This document shows, one piece after another, positions 15,050 through 34,449 of a stretch of DNA of 64,000 nucleotides. The notes beneath the pieces are model-generated. The model saw only the letters and a program-made list of their open reading frames with translations, made no database searches and was not told where the DNA came from. Numbering within the stretch: position 1 is the stretch's first letter; each line of letters begins with the position of its first letter. The position numbers and the translations under genes are program-made. Source of the stretch: the human T2T-CHM13v2.0 reference genome, Homo sapiens. The stretch is from assembly GCF_009914755.1 (NCBI RefSeq), contig NC_060928.1; one strand, written 5' to 3'.

Positions 15050-15590
15050 TTTGAATAGTTTTAGATTTACAGAATACTAGTTAAAATAGTACAGGATTCT
15101 GATATACATCACATTTATCACCTCTTATAATTAACATCTTATTATTTACATTGATGTGGTACATTTGTTAAAATTAATTAACCAATATTAATCCACGATT
15201 ATTAACTAAATCCATACTTTATTCACCTTTTCTTAATTTTTAATCTAATATCCTTTTTCTGTTCTTGGATCCCATCCAGGATACATTGCATTTAGTCAAC
15301 ATGCCTCCTTGGGTTGCTCTGTATGCAACTTTCTTATACTTTTCTTTCCTTCCTTCCTTCCTGCCTGCCTGCCTTCCTTCCTGCCTGCCTGTCTTCCTTC
15401 CTACCCTCCCTCCCTCCCTCCCTTCCTCTCTCTTCTCTCTTTCTCTCTTTTTCTCTTTCTTTGATGACCTTGACATATTTTGAGGAATACTGGGCAGATA
15501 TTTTGAGGAATATTCTATTGACGGTTGTCTGATGATTGTTTTCATGATTAGATTGGGGTTATCAATTTTGGGAAGACTGGAGATTTTTTG
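15050..15590 (-). mobile_element. Old L1M 3'UTR fragment interrupted by a pyrimidine microsatellite
   Basis: L1M-like sequence on either side of the 15340-15461 repeat. Confidence 0.5.
15340..15461. repeat. (CCTT)n/(CCTG)n/(CT)n compound microsatellite
   Basis: Directly visible ~120-bp polypyrimidine tract. Confidence 0.9.
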
Positions 15591-16346
15591 GTGCATTTCT
15601 TTCTAATTTGGTGAATCTGGAGTAGTGCCTGAGAATTTAAAACTTTTCAAGTCTCCTCAGGGATCACCGATGACATTTTCTCTTCTAGTAGGTGCTGGTT
15701 GGTCTGTCTAGTGAAAAGCAGATACTAGTTAACATCTGAGGACCTACTCTTTTCTCTATTCTGGAAAAATTCTTAGTTAATATTTTTTATTTCTTTTGAT
15801 ATTTCCTTCTTTCTTTTCTTCTGAAACTCCAGTTACATATATCATTGAATCAATATATTCTTCAGGCCTTTTGGTGTGTATGTGTCTGTGTGTCTCTGTG
15901 TGTTCCTTTCCTCCATCCGGATTGAATTTCTCATCTTCAAATTTGCTAATTTCTCTTCATAAATGTGTAGAATTTATTCCATATAATGAACTTTTATTTT
16001 TAAGATTTCCATTTTCGTTTTCATGTTCAAACTTTTATTAGGACGTGTTTCTGCTTTCAAATTCTAATGACTTTTAATAGATGCTATTTCTTCATTAAGC
16101 ATAACTGTTCCATATAATTAATTTCTCCTGCAAGGAATTCATGCTGGGACACTGTGGTTTTTGTTTGCCTTCCTTAGCAGTAGCGTTCTTCATAAGTCTT
16201 TGAATTTAGGTATACGTCTTCTTTCGACTGGAGGGAACGATTTTCTTTTATTTGGTCTCAGCTTCCTACACTAATAGTTTTCAAGTACCTGAAATTGCCA
16301 TCACTTGGTACTCCTGATCCACCAATCCAGAACCAAGTTTTATAAC

Positions 16347-16517
16347 TTTCTTTTTCTTTTTTTGTTTAGAGACTGTGTCTTGCTCTGTTGCTTAGAAGAG
16401 CAATGGCATGATCATAGCTCATAGCTCACTGTAACCTCAATCTTGAGTTCAAGCAATCCTCCTGCCTCAGCTTCCCAAAACACTGAGATTACAGGTGTGA
16501 GCCACCATGCCCTGCCT
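16347..16517 (-). mobile_element. Alu monomer (FLAM/AluJ-like)
   Basis: T-rich tail, gagactgtgtcttgctctgttgc... gattacaggtgtgagccaccatgcc. Confidence 0.75.
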
Positions 16518-16837
16518 ATAACAGCATTTTTAAGGGCACTGATAGGTGTGGGGAGTGGGTTCAAAGATCCAGCTGCTACTAGCAACTTGACTCAATTCCT
16601 GGTTTTAAGTTCTCATACTTATCTATAGCCATAGTTTTCTATTTAACCAGGTAACCAGCCTTTTTATTCAGACACTGTTCGCATATGTGGGTGTGCTGGT
16701 TCTGCCCTGGTTTCAAGCAGTGAACCTGGCCTTGATCCTTTTCTTGTGTAAGGTACTATATTAGGTATTCTCATATAACATATAACCACCAACTCAGCAC
16801 ATTAAAACAACACACATTCATTATCTTACACTTATCC

Positions 16838-17107
16838 CTACAATCATGGAAGAAGGGGAAGCAAACAAGTCCTTCTTCACATGATGACAGGAAGGAGAAG
16901 TACTGAGCAAAGACGGAAAAGCCTCTTATAAAATCATCAGATCTTGTGAGAACTCACTCACTATCATAAGAACTCACCCACTATCATGAGAACAGCAGCA
17001 TGAGGTTAACCCACTCCAAGATTCAATTACCATCCCACGACATGTGAAGATTATAGGAACTACAATTCAAGATGAGATTTGGGTGGGGACACAGCCAAAC
17101 CATATCA
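16838..17107 (-). mobile_element. THE1 LTR fragment nested in an older MLT-like element (~16760-17240)
   Basis: Ends gagatttgggtggggacacagccaaaccatatca (reverse complement of the THE1 start); contains a ~20-bp tandem duplication at ~16949-16993. Confidence 0.8.
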
Positions 17108-17654
17108 CACCTTTACCATATTCTAGTGACTAGAAGCAAGTCACAGATTCCCACTACACACATAAGGTGGGAATTACAGAAGGCATGAATGCCAGGGGGT
17201 GAGAATCATTGAATCACCTTAGGGTCCATCTGCTATATGCACCCTTAGTCCCAAAATCACCATCTATGTTCTGTCCCAGAAGTCACAGCCTTTGGCCTCA
17301 GCTTGGTTCCTTGCTTTGCATTTGTATTTTATTTCTAGTTCATGAAAATGTTTACCTCATTTCTTAATTTCTCTTATTTTTTCCTTTTTTATCATTCTTC
17401 ATTTTCGTTTGGAATAGAAAGGTTACATGAAAACATAAACTTACAAAGCCATCTTATTCCATCTGTGTTTTGTTCAAATTTTCACTTGATCTGTGCTAGG
17501 ACAGATTTCTGAAATCCTAGGTATGTTCAATGGCAGGCAATTTTTTAGCCAAATGCTTTGGGGAAGATGATCTGGAAGAGAGGATTATTTTTGGTCTAAA
17601 AAAGAGAGATTAGATAAACATAACAAGGGGCATCTTTAATTAGCCATCACTTTT

Positions 17655-23546
<5,892 letters not shown>

Positions 23547-24207
23547 TAGCCATCACATTTAAAAAACCAATTTGTAAAAGTAGTCTGTATCTGGTTTACA
23601 GTAAGAACTTCAAATTCTGATTACACCTTGGAAAAACATATGCAAACTGATGTCCTTATGTAACAGAAATATGCTATAACTGGCCAGGCTTTTTCTACCT
23701 AGCTTGCCCTTTTATGTGGAATATTCCTTTAGACAGTTTGTTTACTATGCCATAGTCCTTTATTACAGAAACTAAGGGAGGCAATGAATGAGAAACAAGG
23801 CAATGGAGATACTCACAATGAGATTCCAATCATAAAGTAAAATACACACAGGTAACATAATAAGTCTGAACACTAGGGGCAAAGTCCTTAGTGCTTATTT
23901 TTTCTCATGGATACAGAAACTACTTTCTTTGCGGACCAAGGGAGGGTCAGGCTTGGGACTGACATGTACAAACAAACATATACTTAGTAGTTTCATCTGG
24001 GAGCTAAAGCCTGACCTGAGAAAGTCACTACTTAAGCATCATTATTTTAAGATAACCAAGTGAAATCATGGACACAAAATATTGCTTATACCGATTTGCC
24101 AGGGCAAGCCCCTTACTTCTTTCTTAAAACTAATACAAGTGGTTTTTATGTTAAAAAGCAGAGGGTATTGCCCTAAAAATAATAGTGGATTTTGAAGTCT
24201 TCTGTAA

Positions 24208-24585
24208 CCTTCCTTAGTCCATTTTCTGTTGCTATAACAGAATACCAAAGACTGGGTAATTTAGAAAGAAGAGACATTTACTTAGCTCAAAGTTCTGGAA
24301 GATGAGAAGTCTAAGATTGGGAAGCTGCATCAGATGAAGGGCTCCTTGCTTCATTATCTCATGGCAGAAGGATAAAAGGGCAAGTGAGTACATGCTAAAG
24401 AGACACCAGGAGCCAAAATCACTTTATAACTCCCCCACTCCTGAGACAACAACATTAATCCATCCATAAAAGTTCTGCCCTCATGACTCAATCACCTCCT
24501 ATTAGGCCTCACCTCTTAACACTGTTGCACTGTGGATTAGGTTTTGAACACATGAACTTTTGGGGGACACATTCAAACCACAGAA
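24208..24585 (-). mobile_element. MaLR solo LTR (MST/MLT1A-like)
   Basis: cttagtccattttctgttgctataacagaatacc ... tgggggacacattcaaaccacag. Confidence 0.8.
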
Positions 24586-24610
24586 GTTTCCAATAAGACT
24601 AGGTTGACTA

Positions 24611-24915
<305 letters not shown>

Positions 24916-27229
24916 CTATGTGAGAAACTGTTTGTTTTGGGAAGCACAGAAACCATGGTACTGGGGGGATATGATATAGGTCAGAAAGTTTTGATATTTT
25001 TGAATTATGCTTAATGGAACTGAGAGCTGCCATAGAAGTTGACAATTGAAAGAAGATCTGGGTGAAGATTAGCATCTATAAAATAAAAAGAGGATATTGT
25101 GACCTCATTCACCTAGTGCTGCAATATTAGAACTACTTGGTATTTCCTGGAGCTTGCAATTTATTTACATAAAATAAAATAAATTACGGTGACACTAAGG
25201 TATTATATTATGAAGCTCTTTATTCTCAGGAGGTATTATAGCCCAAACCCAGAGAGGCTATAATAATAAGTAACACCCACAAAATGAATGAGAAGAAAGC
25301 TGTGTTTTGGGTATAGCCTTAACTTTGACCTCATGCAGTATTCTCCTCTAAAATCTTGATTGGTCTTGAATTATCAGAGACTCAATATAGGCTATCTAAC
25401 AATCCAGTATAGCAAATTTTCCAGTCCTGAAAGGTTTAAGGGTTATATAAGATAGATTTTCTATTTCCATAGATTTTCTACAACTCACCAGAGTTCATCA
25501 TGAAGTTTTTGAAATTGTTTAAAAAGATTCAACTACTAGGTATTAGATTAGAGAGTAGAGTTTCATTGATGCTATTTTCTAATCATGAAAATACATATTG
25601 CTTTAGAAGGACATATAGATGTCTCTATGTCTACCTGATGTCTATAATCATGTAATTAAAATTATTAAAAATATGAGCATTTTTGGTTTGATCCTTTATG
25701 GGATAGTCCTTTAGACTGTTTATAAAATATTTAATGAGAGTCTAGAAGTTGTCAGGCAATACAGCTATCTCTATCATTTTCAAAGATCTAGAAATCCCTT
25801 TTTGCTTCTCTGATCCTTCTCTATAAAATTTGATCCATGCATCAACATTATCTAATGTAGTCTCTAATGCCTAACAAAATATAATAAATTATTAGAAATG
25901 ACATAAATTAATCAACACATATAAAAATGTGCTGTGGTGTATGGTTTATACATTTGAAGTATATAGTTAAAACTGAAAGCAAGAAACTAGAGTTTGGAAG
26001 AAAATAAGAGATGATGGGAAAGAAAGAATGAAAGAGCAAAAAGAGAAGGTGAAGATGTGATGGTATATTTTGTTATCATATGGACTTTGTGCATGATCTT
26101 CATTCTGTTTACTATCAGGTTTAGTGTTCTTATAAATATAGCAAGCCAGAATCTGCAGGAAATGGGAATTAAAACAAAAAATGGCACAATATTAAAACTG
26201 GATATATAGGAAATTAAGGCCCAATTATCATGGACATTTTTGGACCATGACTTATTTATAAAGCAGTTGTTCTGGGGTAAAAAAGGAGACATAACAAGGC
26301 AATCTGGGATTATGTGCTTCTCGAATTTGTAGGGTTTCTCAAATGGCCAGGTTGGAGTCATGCTCTTCAACCTTTCCTCCCATCAAGATTTAAACTGTGC
26401 TGTGAGATCCAGTCTTAATGGCCTGCAGAGTTCAGGGCATGATCATTGACTCAAACAGACCTCAATTCAGTTCTCAGTTTTGCAACTTTCCAGCAGTGAC
26501 CTTAGATAAGTTTTATTCCTAAACTCTCTGCTACTCTACCTCAAGCAGGGATAATAACAGTACCTACCTCAAGGATTTTTATAATTAAAATTACACAGTA
26601 ATTGCACCTGGAAAACACTACTTAGGATTCAATGCAGAAGCCATAATTTTTATCATTATTATTATGGAGAGCAGCATCAAATTAGACCTAATGAATCTTT
26701 GTGTACATTTAGATGCTCTATGTTCCTCAGGTCTCCAAAATAGACAATCACATTTAAAGAGCTCAAAGAGAAGAGCCGGTTTGTGAAGTCAGTGATGTTG
26801 TCAGAGTTATAAGGTGCCCCATCACAATATATTCAAATACTTGGATCTGTTAGCAAAGGGGTGTTGGAATGTACAGCCACCCATATTTCTCTCTATGATT
26901 GAATTTAAATCCATTCTGCTCTATTCTACTTTACATGGTCTACATTACAGGGTCACTTGATGTAAAAGTGTACCATTAATAATTTATTTTAGGAGGTATC
27001 ATTCTTGAAAGTATTAAAGGAAAATTTGTATATTACTTTTAAAGTATTCATTAATCATGACATTACAAAAGTATATTCTTGCAAGTAGTTTAATATCTGA
27101 ACACACAAAAACTTTTTAAACCATGTTGCATTTACTATAAAATGCCTAAAACTCATGTAGAGCTTTGAGCACACTCTTTTTTCTCTAGTATTCTTTTTCA
27201 AAAAGTCTTCATTTTAAACCTATTCCTGA

Positions 27230-27655
27230 CTTCAGTCAGGATAAATTTTCAGGATAAAAAATCACTGTACAAAAATCAGTAGCATGTCTCTACACCAATG
27301 ACATTCAAGCTTAGAGCCAAACCAATAATGCAATCCTACATACAATAGACACACACACACAAAATAAAATATCTGGAATACATCTAACCAAGGAGGTGAA
27401 AAGAGAACTACACAGCACTGCTAAAAGAAATTATAGATGACACAAACAAATGGATAAACATTCCATGCTCATGGATTGGAAGAACTGATACCATTAAAAT
27501 GGCCATACTACCTAAAGAAATTTACAGATTCAATGCTATTCCTATCAAACTACCAACATCATCATACTGTAAACCTCAGCATCACACAATATAACCAAGT
27601 AAGAAAACTGCACATGTACCTACCTCCTGAATCTAAAATAAAAATTGGAAAAAAC
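27230..27655 (+). mobile_element. L1 fragment: ORF2 piece joined to the L1 3' terminus
   Basis: aaaatcagtagcat... ccatgctcatggattggaaga... attcctatcaaactaccaac, then directly aaactgcacatgtacc...tgaatctaaaataaaa. Confidence 0.75.
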
Positions 27656-29064
27656 CAACCAACCAAAACAAAACCTATTCCCATTTCCACATTCTTCTTC
27701 CGCAAAAAGATGTATACATGTATTATAATACATGTATCTATCAATATTACGGTCTACTCTTTCATTCATATATTATTTTGTCAGTGGGTAATGTCTCTAC
27801 TATTTCTACTTGAAAATGAGAAAAAGAATCAATGTAGTAATTTTATCAGAAAATGTTTGAGTCAAAATATATTAAGGTAACTATGGACAAAAATGGATGA
27901 AGTTCATTAAAGTGTGAAATGTAATAACTAAATTATTCCCTCTAATTGAATTTTCCTTCTTTTTTTGACTTATAGAACTTTTATTCATCCTTTAAAACAC
28001 TGTTCAAATGTCAATTATTTGTGAAGTCTTCTGAAACTTTCTCACACAATTATCGTACTTCCTCTGTATTACTTCCATGCTTTCATCATCTTCTATTTTT
28101 ACATGTGTAATATATTTACCCTTATTTCCCACAATTCTGAGTTCCTTGAGGATCAGAGGATCATGACACATTCATATTTGTGGCTGGACTATCTAACAGG
28201 GCCTACACCTATAGTGCTCAACTGTTTATTCATTTGGATTGAAACAGTATGAAAAGTACAATTTAACAAAGCAATATATTTCTAGTTTAATATATAGAAA
28301 GTACTTTTAAAATTGTAATATTATGTATTTTAAGGTAGGTTTATTCACTTGATTTATAAAATTGTCCAAGTATTACTAATACATTATTTTATTCTCAGAC
28401 AAAATACCCTTTAGTTCTTGAAGAACTGAAAAACCTACCTGTTCTTCATGCCCTCGTCAAGTACAATCTTTCCCAATATCCTTTGTCTAACAAGTCTAGC
28501 TAATATTAATCACCTTCTCTTCTTTCTCACTACTTGTTTTTATTACGTGTTTGACAGTTGATTACATTTAAATACAGTATGATTATATACTTACATTTTT
28601 TTCAAAATGTTTTTAAGTTACTTCTTTCCCCAGCTTGTTAAGGGCAGAATCAATAAAATAATTTTTGTTGGGGGTTAAGGGAGCAAATTCTCTACAGTGT
28701 TTATTAAAACTGAGCATAAATTGGGTGTTTAACAAACATTTGCTAGATGGATGAATGCAGTACAGCTAGTGAGATGAATAAAATGAATGTAAGAACTGTT
28801 TTAAAGAGATACTAGGTTACTTACTATAATAAAAGGCAAAGTATTAGAAGAACTTGGTCTTGTCAGAACACTGTATGAAAAATCAGTCCTGCAGTCACAA
28901 AAAAGGTAGCAAGGAAGCTAAAAAAGGACATTTTCCATTATGCTGTGCTGCCTCCAGTAACAGAAAAATTCCCAATTAAATCTGTCAATAAATATAACAA
29001 CCCCAACAAAACTTAGAAAGCTGGATAATTTTCTCCATTACCAGTTAGAGTTGTAGATAGAGAA

Positions 29065-29234
29065 TACTGTTAACATGTATTGAGCACTACTAGGTGCCAG
29101 GAGCTATGTCTTGCTTTATGAAATAGACACTACTATTATATTCATTTCACAGATAAAGAAATCAAAACACAGAAAAGTTAGGTAACATGCCAAAAAATCA
29201 CACATCTAACAAATGGTGAGGCAGAAGTTCAATT
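29065..29234 (-). mobile_element. MIR split by the provirus (resumes ~37373-37400)
   Basis: catttcacagataaagaaatc...ggtgaggcagaagttc | aattctagggagtctgatcccagag. Confidence 0.6.
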
Positions 29235-29745
29235 TGTTGTGGGACAATCAAAGACCAGAGAGATCGAAAAAGGTTCAGGAGAGTCTATTAAGGTGATCAC
29301 CAGCCCAGCCGGACATATGTCCAGAAAGTATGAGCCCCAAACTAAGGGCTTTTCCTACTTTTAAACATCTTAAGGCGGGAACTATGTGAGGCGGGAAGCA
29401 AGTTACAGAAGCGAGAAACAAAGGCAGTTAATCAAGCATTACAACATTTCTTACATCTTGAGAAAGACATGTCTTGCAACCTAAACTTAACGGTCTTGTG
29501 ACCCTGCAGCCATGCAGGAGCTCACTGGCCTGTAATAAACTTGAAGTATTTGGAGTTGGGGAGTATAGATAAGGTCCACTGTCCACAGAGACAAGACAGG
29601 CTGTTAACATTCTCTTTTAACTTGAGTGTAAGGCCGGCGGGGGAAGGGGGGGCATTGTCACACTTTGCAGCAACTTTAAGAGGATTTTAAAATATCTATT
29701 ACTACTACTATTAGTTTATAGTTGATTTCATTAATTCCTTCTTCA
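29235..29745 (-). repeat. 3' LTR of provirus
   Basis: 511 bp, preceded on - strand by polypurine tract AAAAGGGGAGAA (29746-29757). Confidence 0.95.
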
Positions 29746-31643
29746 TTCTCCCCTTTTGGTGCTTGACACAAATGTACCTTTTCCATCGTCATCAATTTGT
29801 AAGCAGCAATTTGTTAAATTAAGTTTTCCACACACTCCTCCTAAAGCTAAAAGATAATCCAGTGCTAACCTGTTCTGACAAATGGCATCTTTCATCTAGA
29901 TCACCTGTATGGCTAGCAAGCCTAAGGCTCGGGCTGTTTCATTGACTATAATTTCCAGAACTGCTGGCAACCTTATGATGTGGTTTAACATATAAATAGG
30001 AGTACGGTATCCCCATGACCCATCCTGTGCCCAGGTGGCTGGTCCACAGTATTTGATAATTCTTTCAGGGGGCCATTTATTATTGTTCCAGCTCCCCATT
30101 TCAGTGTCCTTTTTAATGTTAGTATTTATTTTTTCCACAGTACTTATTTTTGTAAACACTTGTCTTCTGACTCTTTTTCTGCCTTCATCATAGACCAAAT
30201 AGCTTGGATTTTCCCTTTGCTGCAGTGGGAGTAGGAAAAAGGATGGCTATATTTTTCCTAATACACATGCCCCTGTCCATTTATCTGGTAGTAATTGATA
30301 AGCCTTTGTTCCACAGATGCAATATAACCCTGCAGGTTCTCTCTAAACAGCTGGAGCATCTAATTGGTACCATGATTGATTTAGTGTTGGGAACTGCAAA
30401 AAGCGATTAAAATCTGACACAGAGGAATTGTCTATAAAGCTTCTCCCTTGTGTTCTGTTCTCAAATTCTTCAAAATATTGTTGACCTAGGCAAGTTGTTT
30501 CCCCTACCTGGTTCTGAAAGGCCTTGCCCCAATGGGTGATACAGTATTTTACGATGATGGGGTTCCTTAATAGCCAAACACTTGGATTTGCTGAATTTTG
30601 TAACAAATTCAGGCAAGGTAAAATTGTCTTGTGGCATCAATTCTCTGGCATCCCAGGGCCATTGATCTCCCATATTAGTATCTCCACATACATAACATGA
30701 AGTAACTCGTAAATTATTAGCAATACTTTTGGCTAGCTGGGCAAGCAGATTTTCAGCTGATATAGGAGGAATTTGAATTTCTGATATTTCAGGATTAAAG
30801 TGTTCACTGAAAGATTTATAAAATCTAAACTGTTGTATCGGGCTAACTTGAATTTGGGTCCTTTGGGTTTTCTTTGTGATGACTAGAGGAATACCAAGTC
30901 CTAGGAGTGCTCCCCCCGATCAAAAATTAGTAACCCTTTATACCCTTTAGTCCAGAAAGGCATATTTGGCTTTAGTATTGTCAGATTGAGTGGGTTGCAT
31001 GTTCCAGTTGTGCACCCTATAGTTGCCTCTTGGCTGGCAAATAGAGCAACCCTTCCTGTGTATAGGTGCTGATTAAATTCATGTGTGGTCCACTGATTAT
31101 CACAATCATGGCAGTCTTTTTTGGACTCTCCTATTACAGCCTTGGTGGCTCTGTGCTGACTCTTTCTTGTCCTAGATTTTTACAGATGGTCCCAATATTA
31201 TTTAGTTTACTGAGATGTGCAGCTTGGCAGGCATCAAAATGTATGAAGACAGGCCCTTTATGAGAGTAAGGGAATAATTCCATTTTGTTTACAAGTTTAC
31301 TGACCCCGGTTTCTGTGGGGTTTGTGTATGATGGCATTACGGGTTCGCCAATTTGGACTTCAAACCAGAAGTCATAGGGCAAGAACTCTGGGTCATAACA
31401 TACTTGGTGCTGCCTGTTTCCAGGATCACAGACTGAGTAACTAGTCTGGTTATAGACACAAGTTCCTGTATGAGTCCCTGTACACTCATAGTAGGTCTGG
31501 TATAACAGAGTTTTAGTCACACCTTTTCTGGACCAGTCTTCTATCATACAGTGATGACAGTCATCCTGCTCCCCTTTTATGACCATAGGTGAAAGTGTCA
31601 GTGCCTTCAGTATTACTAATATGATTAAACTTATACTATGCAT
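29743..31643 (-). pseudogene. Retroviral env, ERV3-like, frameshifted and lacking the membrane anchor
   Basis: Signal peptide, then KTLLYQTYYECTGTHTGTCVYNQTSYSVCDPG (ERV3 Env-like); furin site RKRVRR; [11 protein letters not shown] immunosuppressive domain; [10 protein letters not shown]. Confidence 0.9.
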
Positions 31644-31789
31644 GGGCACCCTTCTGGGCAACAAGCTTGGCAGCATTTACAAAGATAACATGACAGCAAA
31701 ATAAATCAGTACAAGTAGGAGTATAACTATTGTTTGTAAATTCAATCCACATTTACTTATCTACCATTGACTTCCTCAGGCTTCGGCCA

Positions 31790-34449
31790 TGAGTAGACTA
31801 GTCAGCTTCCGGTTGTGTGACTAGAGCAGGGCTTGATGTTTTCTCAAGCTTCAGTTGTGCGTGGACCAACCAGCTTCCAGTGTGATCAGAGCAGGGCAGT
31901 TGTCCTTGTCAGCCGTGGCTTGGTTTCACCAGTGTCGGGTGGTCTGGATTTTGTTGACTGGTCCACTGGTTCTGGGCAGTGGCTGCTGCTGGTTTCAGCT
32001 GGCTATGATGAACCCAAGGTGTGATACCTGCAACTTTAACAGCAGTGGTGGTAGACAAGATCACAATATGGGGGCCATCCCATAAAGGCCCTAAGGTGGT
32101 TGGGTTTCATCATTTGACCTAGACAGAGTCTTCAGGTTGGAAGGGATGTACTGCATCTGTGAGGCTAACAGGTATTCTTTTTCTTACCCACCCTTGTATT
32201 TCCTGCATGGCCTCACCTAAGGCTTGCATTTGCCTTCTTAAGGTTAATCCCCCAATTTCTTTCTTTCTTTCTTTTTTTTTTTTTTGAGACAGTGTCTTGC
32301 TCTAATCCCCTTTTATCTGAGTTATGATTGCGGGTGGTCAGCTGAATACTATCTCATAGCGTGAATACCAGTTAATTTAGTAGGGGTGCACCTGACTCGG
32401 AGAAGGACCATGGGGAGCACCTGATCCCACCTTAGATGAGTTTCTTGGCAAAACTTCTTTAACAGCTGTTTGAATGTCTGGTTCATTTTTTCAGCTTTTT
32501 CAGAACTCTGTGGGTGATAAGCTGTATGCAGTTTCCATTTGATTTTTAACATCTGCATTAACTGTTGTACTATTTTCTGCCATAAATGCTGGGCCATTGT
32601 CTGATTCTAAAGTTAGAGGCAGTCCAAATCTAGGAATAATGTCCTTTAGTAAGATCCTGGTTACTTCCCGCGCTTTCTCTGTCACGGTGGGAAATGACTC
32701 AACCCACCCTGAGAAAGTGCAGACAAACCTTCTGTACCAGTAGCCTCCAACTCGAGGCAGCTTGGTAAAGTCCACAAGCAGGTTTTCACAAGGTGTAGCT
32801 TCAGTTTTTTGAATCCCCGGGGGCTGTGTTGGCCCCTGCAGTGGCTCACAAATGGTTCGAGTGATGGCAATTAGACGCGGCACATAGAAATGCCATCCTA
32901 CAAGAGTCTCTAACGCAGTTTTCTCCATATGCGTTCCTTGATGAAACTGCTTTATGAACTGGGGTGGGGGTGCTATTGCTTCTGGGATGGCGAGCCTCCC
33001 ATCTGAGAACTTCCACCAACCTCCTTTCTGGTAAATTCCATTCTTCTGCTCAAACCAAGCCTTTTCATTAGCAGAATAGTTAGGGGGTTCTGTAAGGGGA
33101 AGCTCCAGTAAAGGCATAGTAAGGGTTTCCTTTTCCTTCTTAGTTACCTCTGTCATTGCAGCTCTTTTGGCTTCTCTGTCCACCTTTCTGTTTCCTCTAG
33201 CCTCATCACCTCCTTCTGTTTGATGCCCTTTGCAATAGATGACTGTTACTTCTTTTGGAACCCATACGGCTTCTAAGAGCTGCTCTATTTCCTTTTAATT
33301 TTTTATTTTCTTTCCTTCAGTAGTTAACAACCCTCTTTCCTTATATATGGCTCCATGGGCATGCAAAGTGGCAAAAGCATACCTTGAGTCAGTATAGATG
33401 TTTACTGATTTTCCTTTTGCCAAGAGCAACGCTCTAGTGAGAGCTATTAGCTCAGCAATTTGGGCTAAAGTTCCGACTGGCAGAGGGTGGGCTTCAGATA
33501 CTGAATTCAGTGTTACCACTGCATATCCAGCCCATCTGACACCTTCAGATATGAAGCTGCTCCCATCAGTAAAGTATTCGACATCTGGGTCTTTTAAGGG
33601 CTGGTCCTTTATGTCTTTTCGGCTTGAGAAAACCTCATCCAGTATTTCCACACAACAGTCATACCCAGGGCCACACAACATGGGCTTTCCATGCTCTACC
33701 CATTCTATTGGCAGCAGTGTGGCTGGATTTAGAGTATTCACAATCTCCAAGGTTATGTAGGGGTTTTCACACAAAAGCCCTTGATATCTTAACATCCTAG
33801 GGTTAGAAAGCCAGCGATGCCCACTCTGCTCCATCAGGGTGATGACCGTGTGGGGAACCCGAATTATCAACCTTTGTCCCAATTTGAGCTTGTTAGCATC
33901 TTCTGCTAACAGGACAGTGGCTGCCAATGCCTTGAAACACAGTGGCCATCCCATAGCCACCAAGTCTAGCCCTTTGGACTAATATGCCATGGGCCAATAC
34001 CATGACCCTAGTATTTGTACCAAGACTCCTGTAGCTATTCCTTAACTTTCATGAACATATAGGTAAAAAGGCTTTTTCATGTCTGGCAGTCCTAATGCTG
34101 GGGCCTGGATCAAAGCCTTCTTGATTTCTTTGAAGGCCATGTCCTGCTGTTTTCCCCATAGGAGGGGTTCCTTTTCCCCCTTTTTGTGGCTTCATATAAT
34201 GGCTTAGCCATGAGCAAGAAATTTAGGGTCCAAATGCGAAGAACCCTGCTGCCTCTAGGAACTTTCTTATCTGGCACCGGGTGGTTGGAGTAGGAAACGC
34301 ACAAACAGCCTGCTTTCATTCACCACCGAGCCATCTTTTCCCTTGGCTTATACAGAAGCCTAAATACTGGACACTTTTAAAGCAGATTTGAGCCTTTTTT
34401 ACCTGACACTTTATATCCTGCCTTCCACAGCAGGTGCAGAAGGTTTTGG
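31790..34449 (-). pseudogene. Retroviral pol (RT C-terminus, RNase H, integrase), disrupted
   Basis: LLHLLWKAGYKVS; RNase H YFTDGSSF...AELIALTRAL...NIYTDSRYAF; integrase VDFT...FSGWVESFP...IIPRFGLP...SDNGPAF and HTAYHPQSS. Confidence 0.92.

Noticed and set aside
15240-15596. 118-aa charged ORF and overlapping ORFs
   Set aside because: Translation of the (CCTT/CCTG)n microsatellite.
32245-32310. TAATCCCC repeats as the TSD of the Alu stub
   Set aside because: Both copies fit the viral integrase frame (KGD...GGL) and the left copy does not abut the tail.
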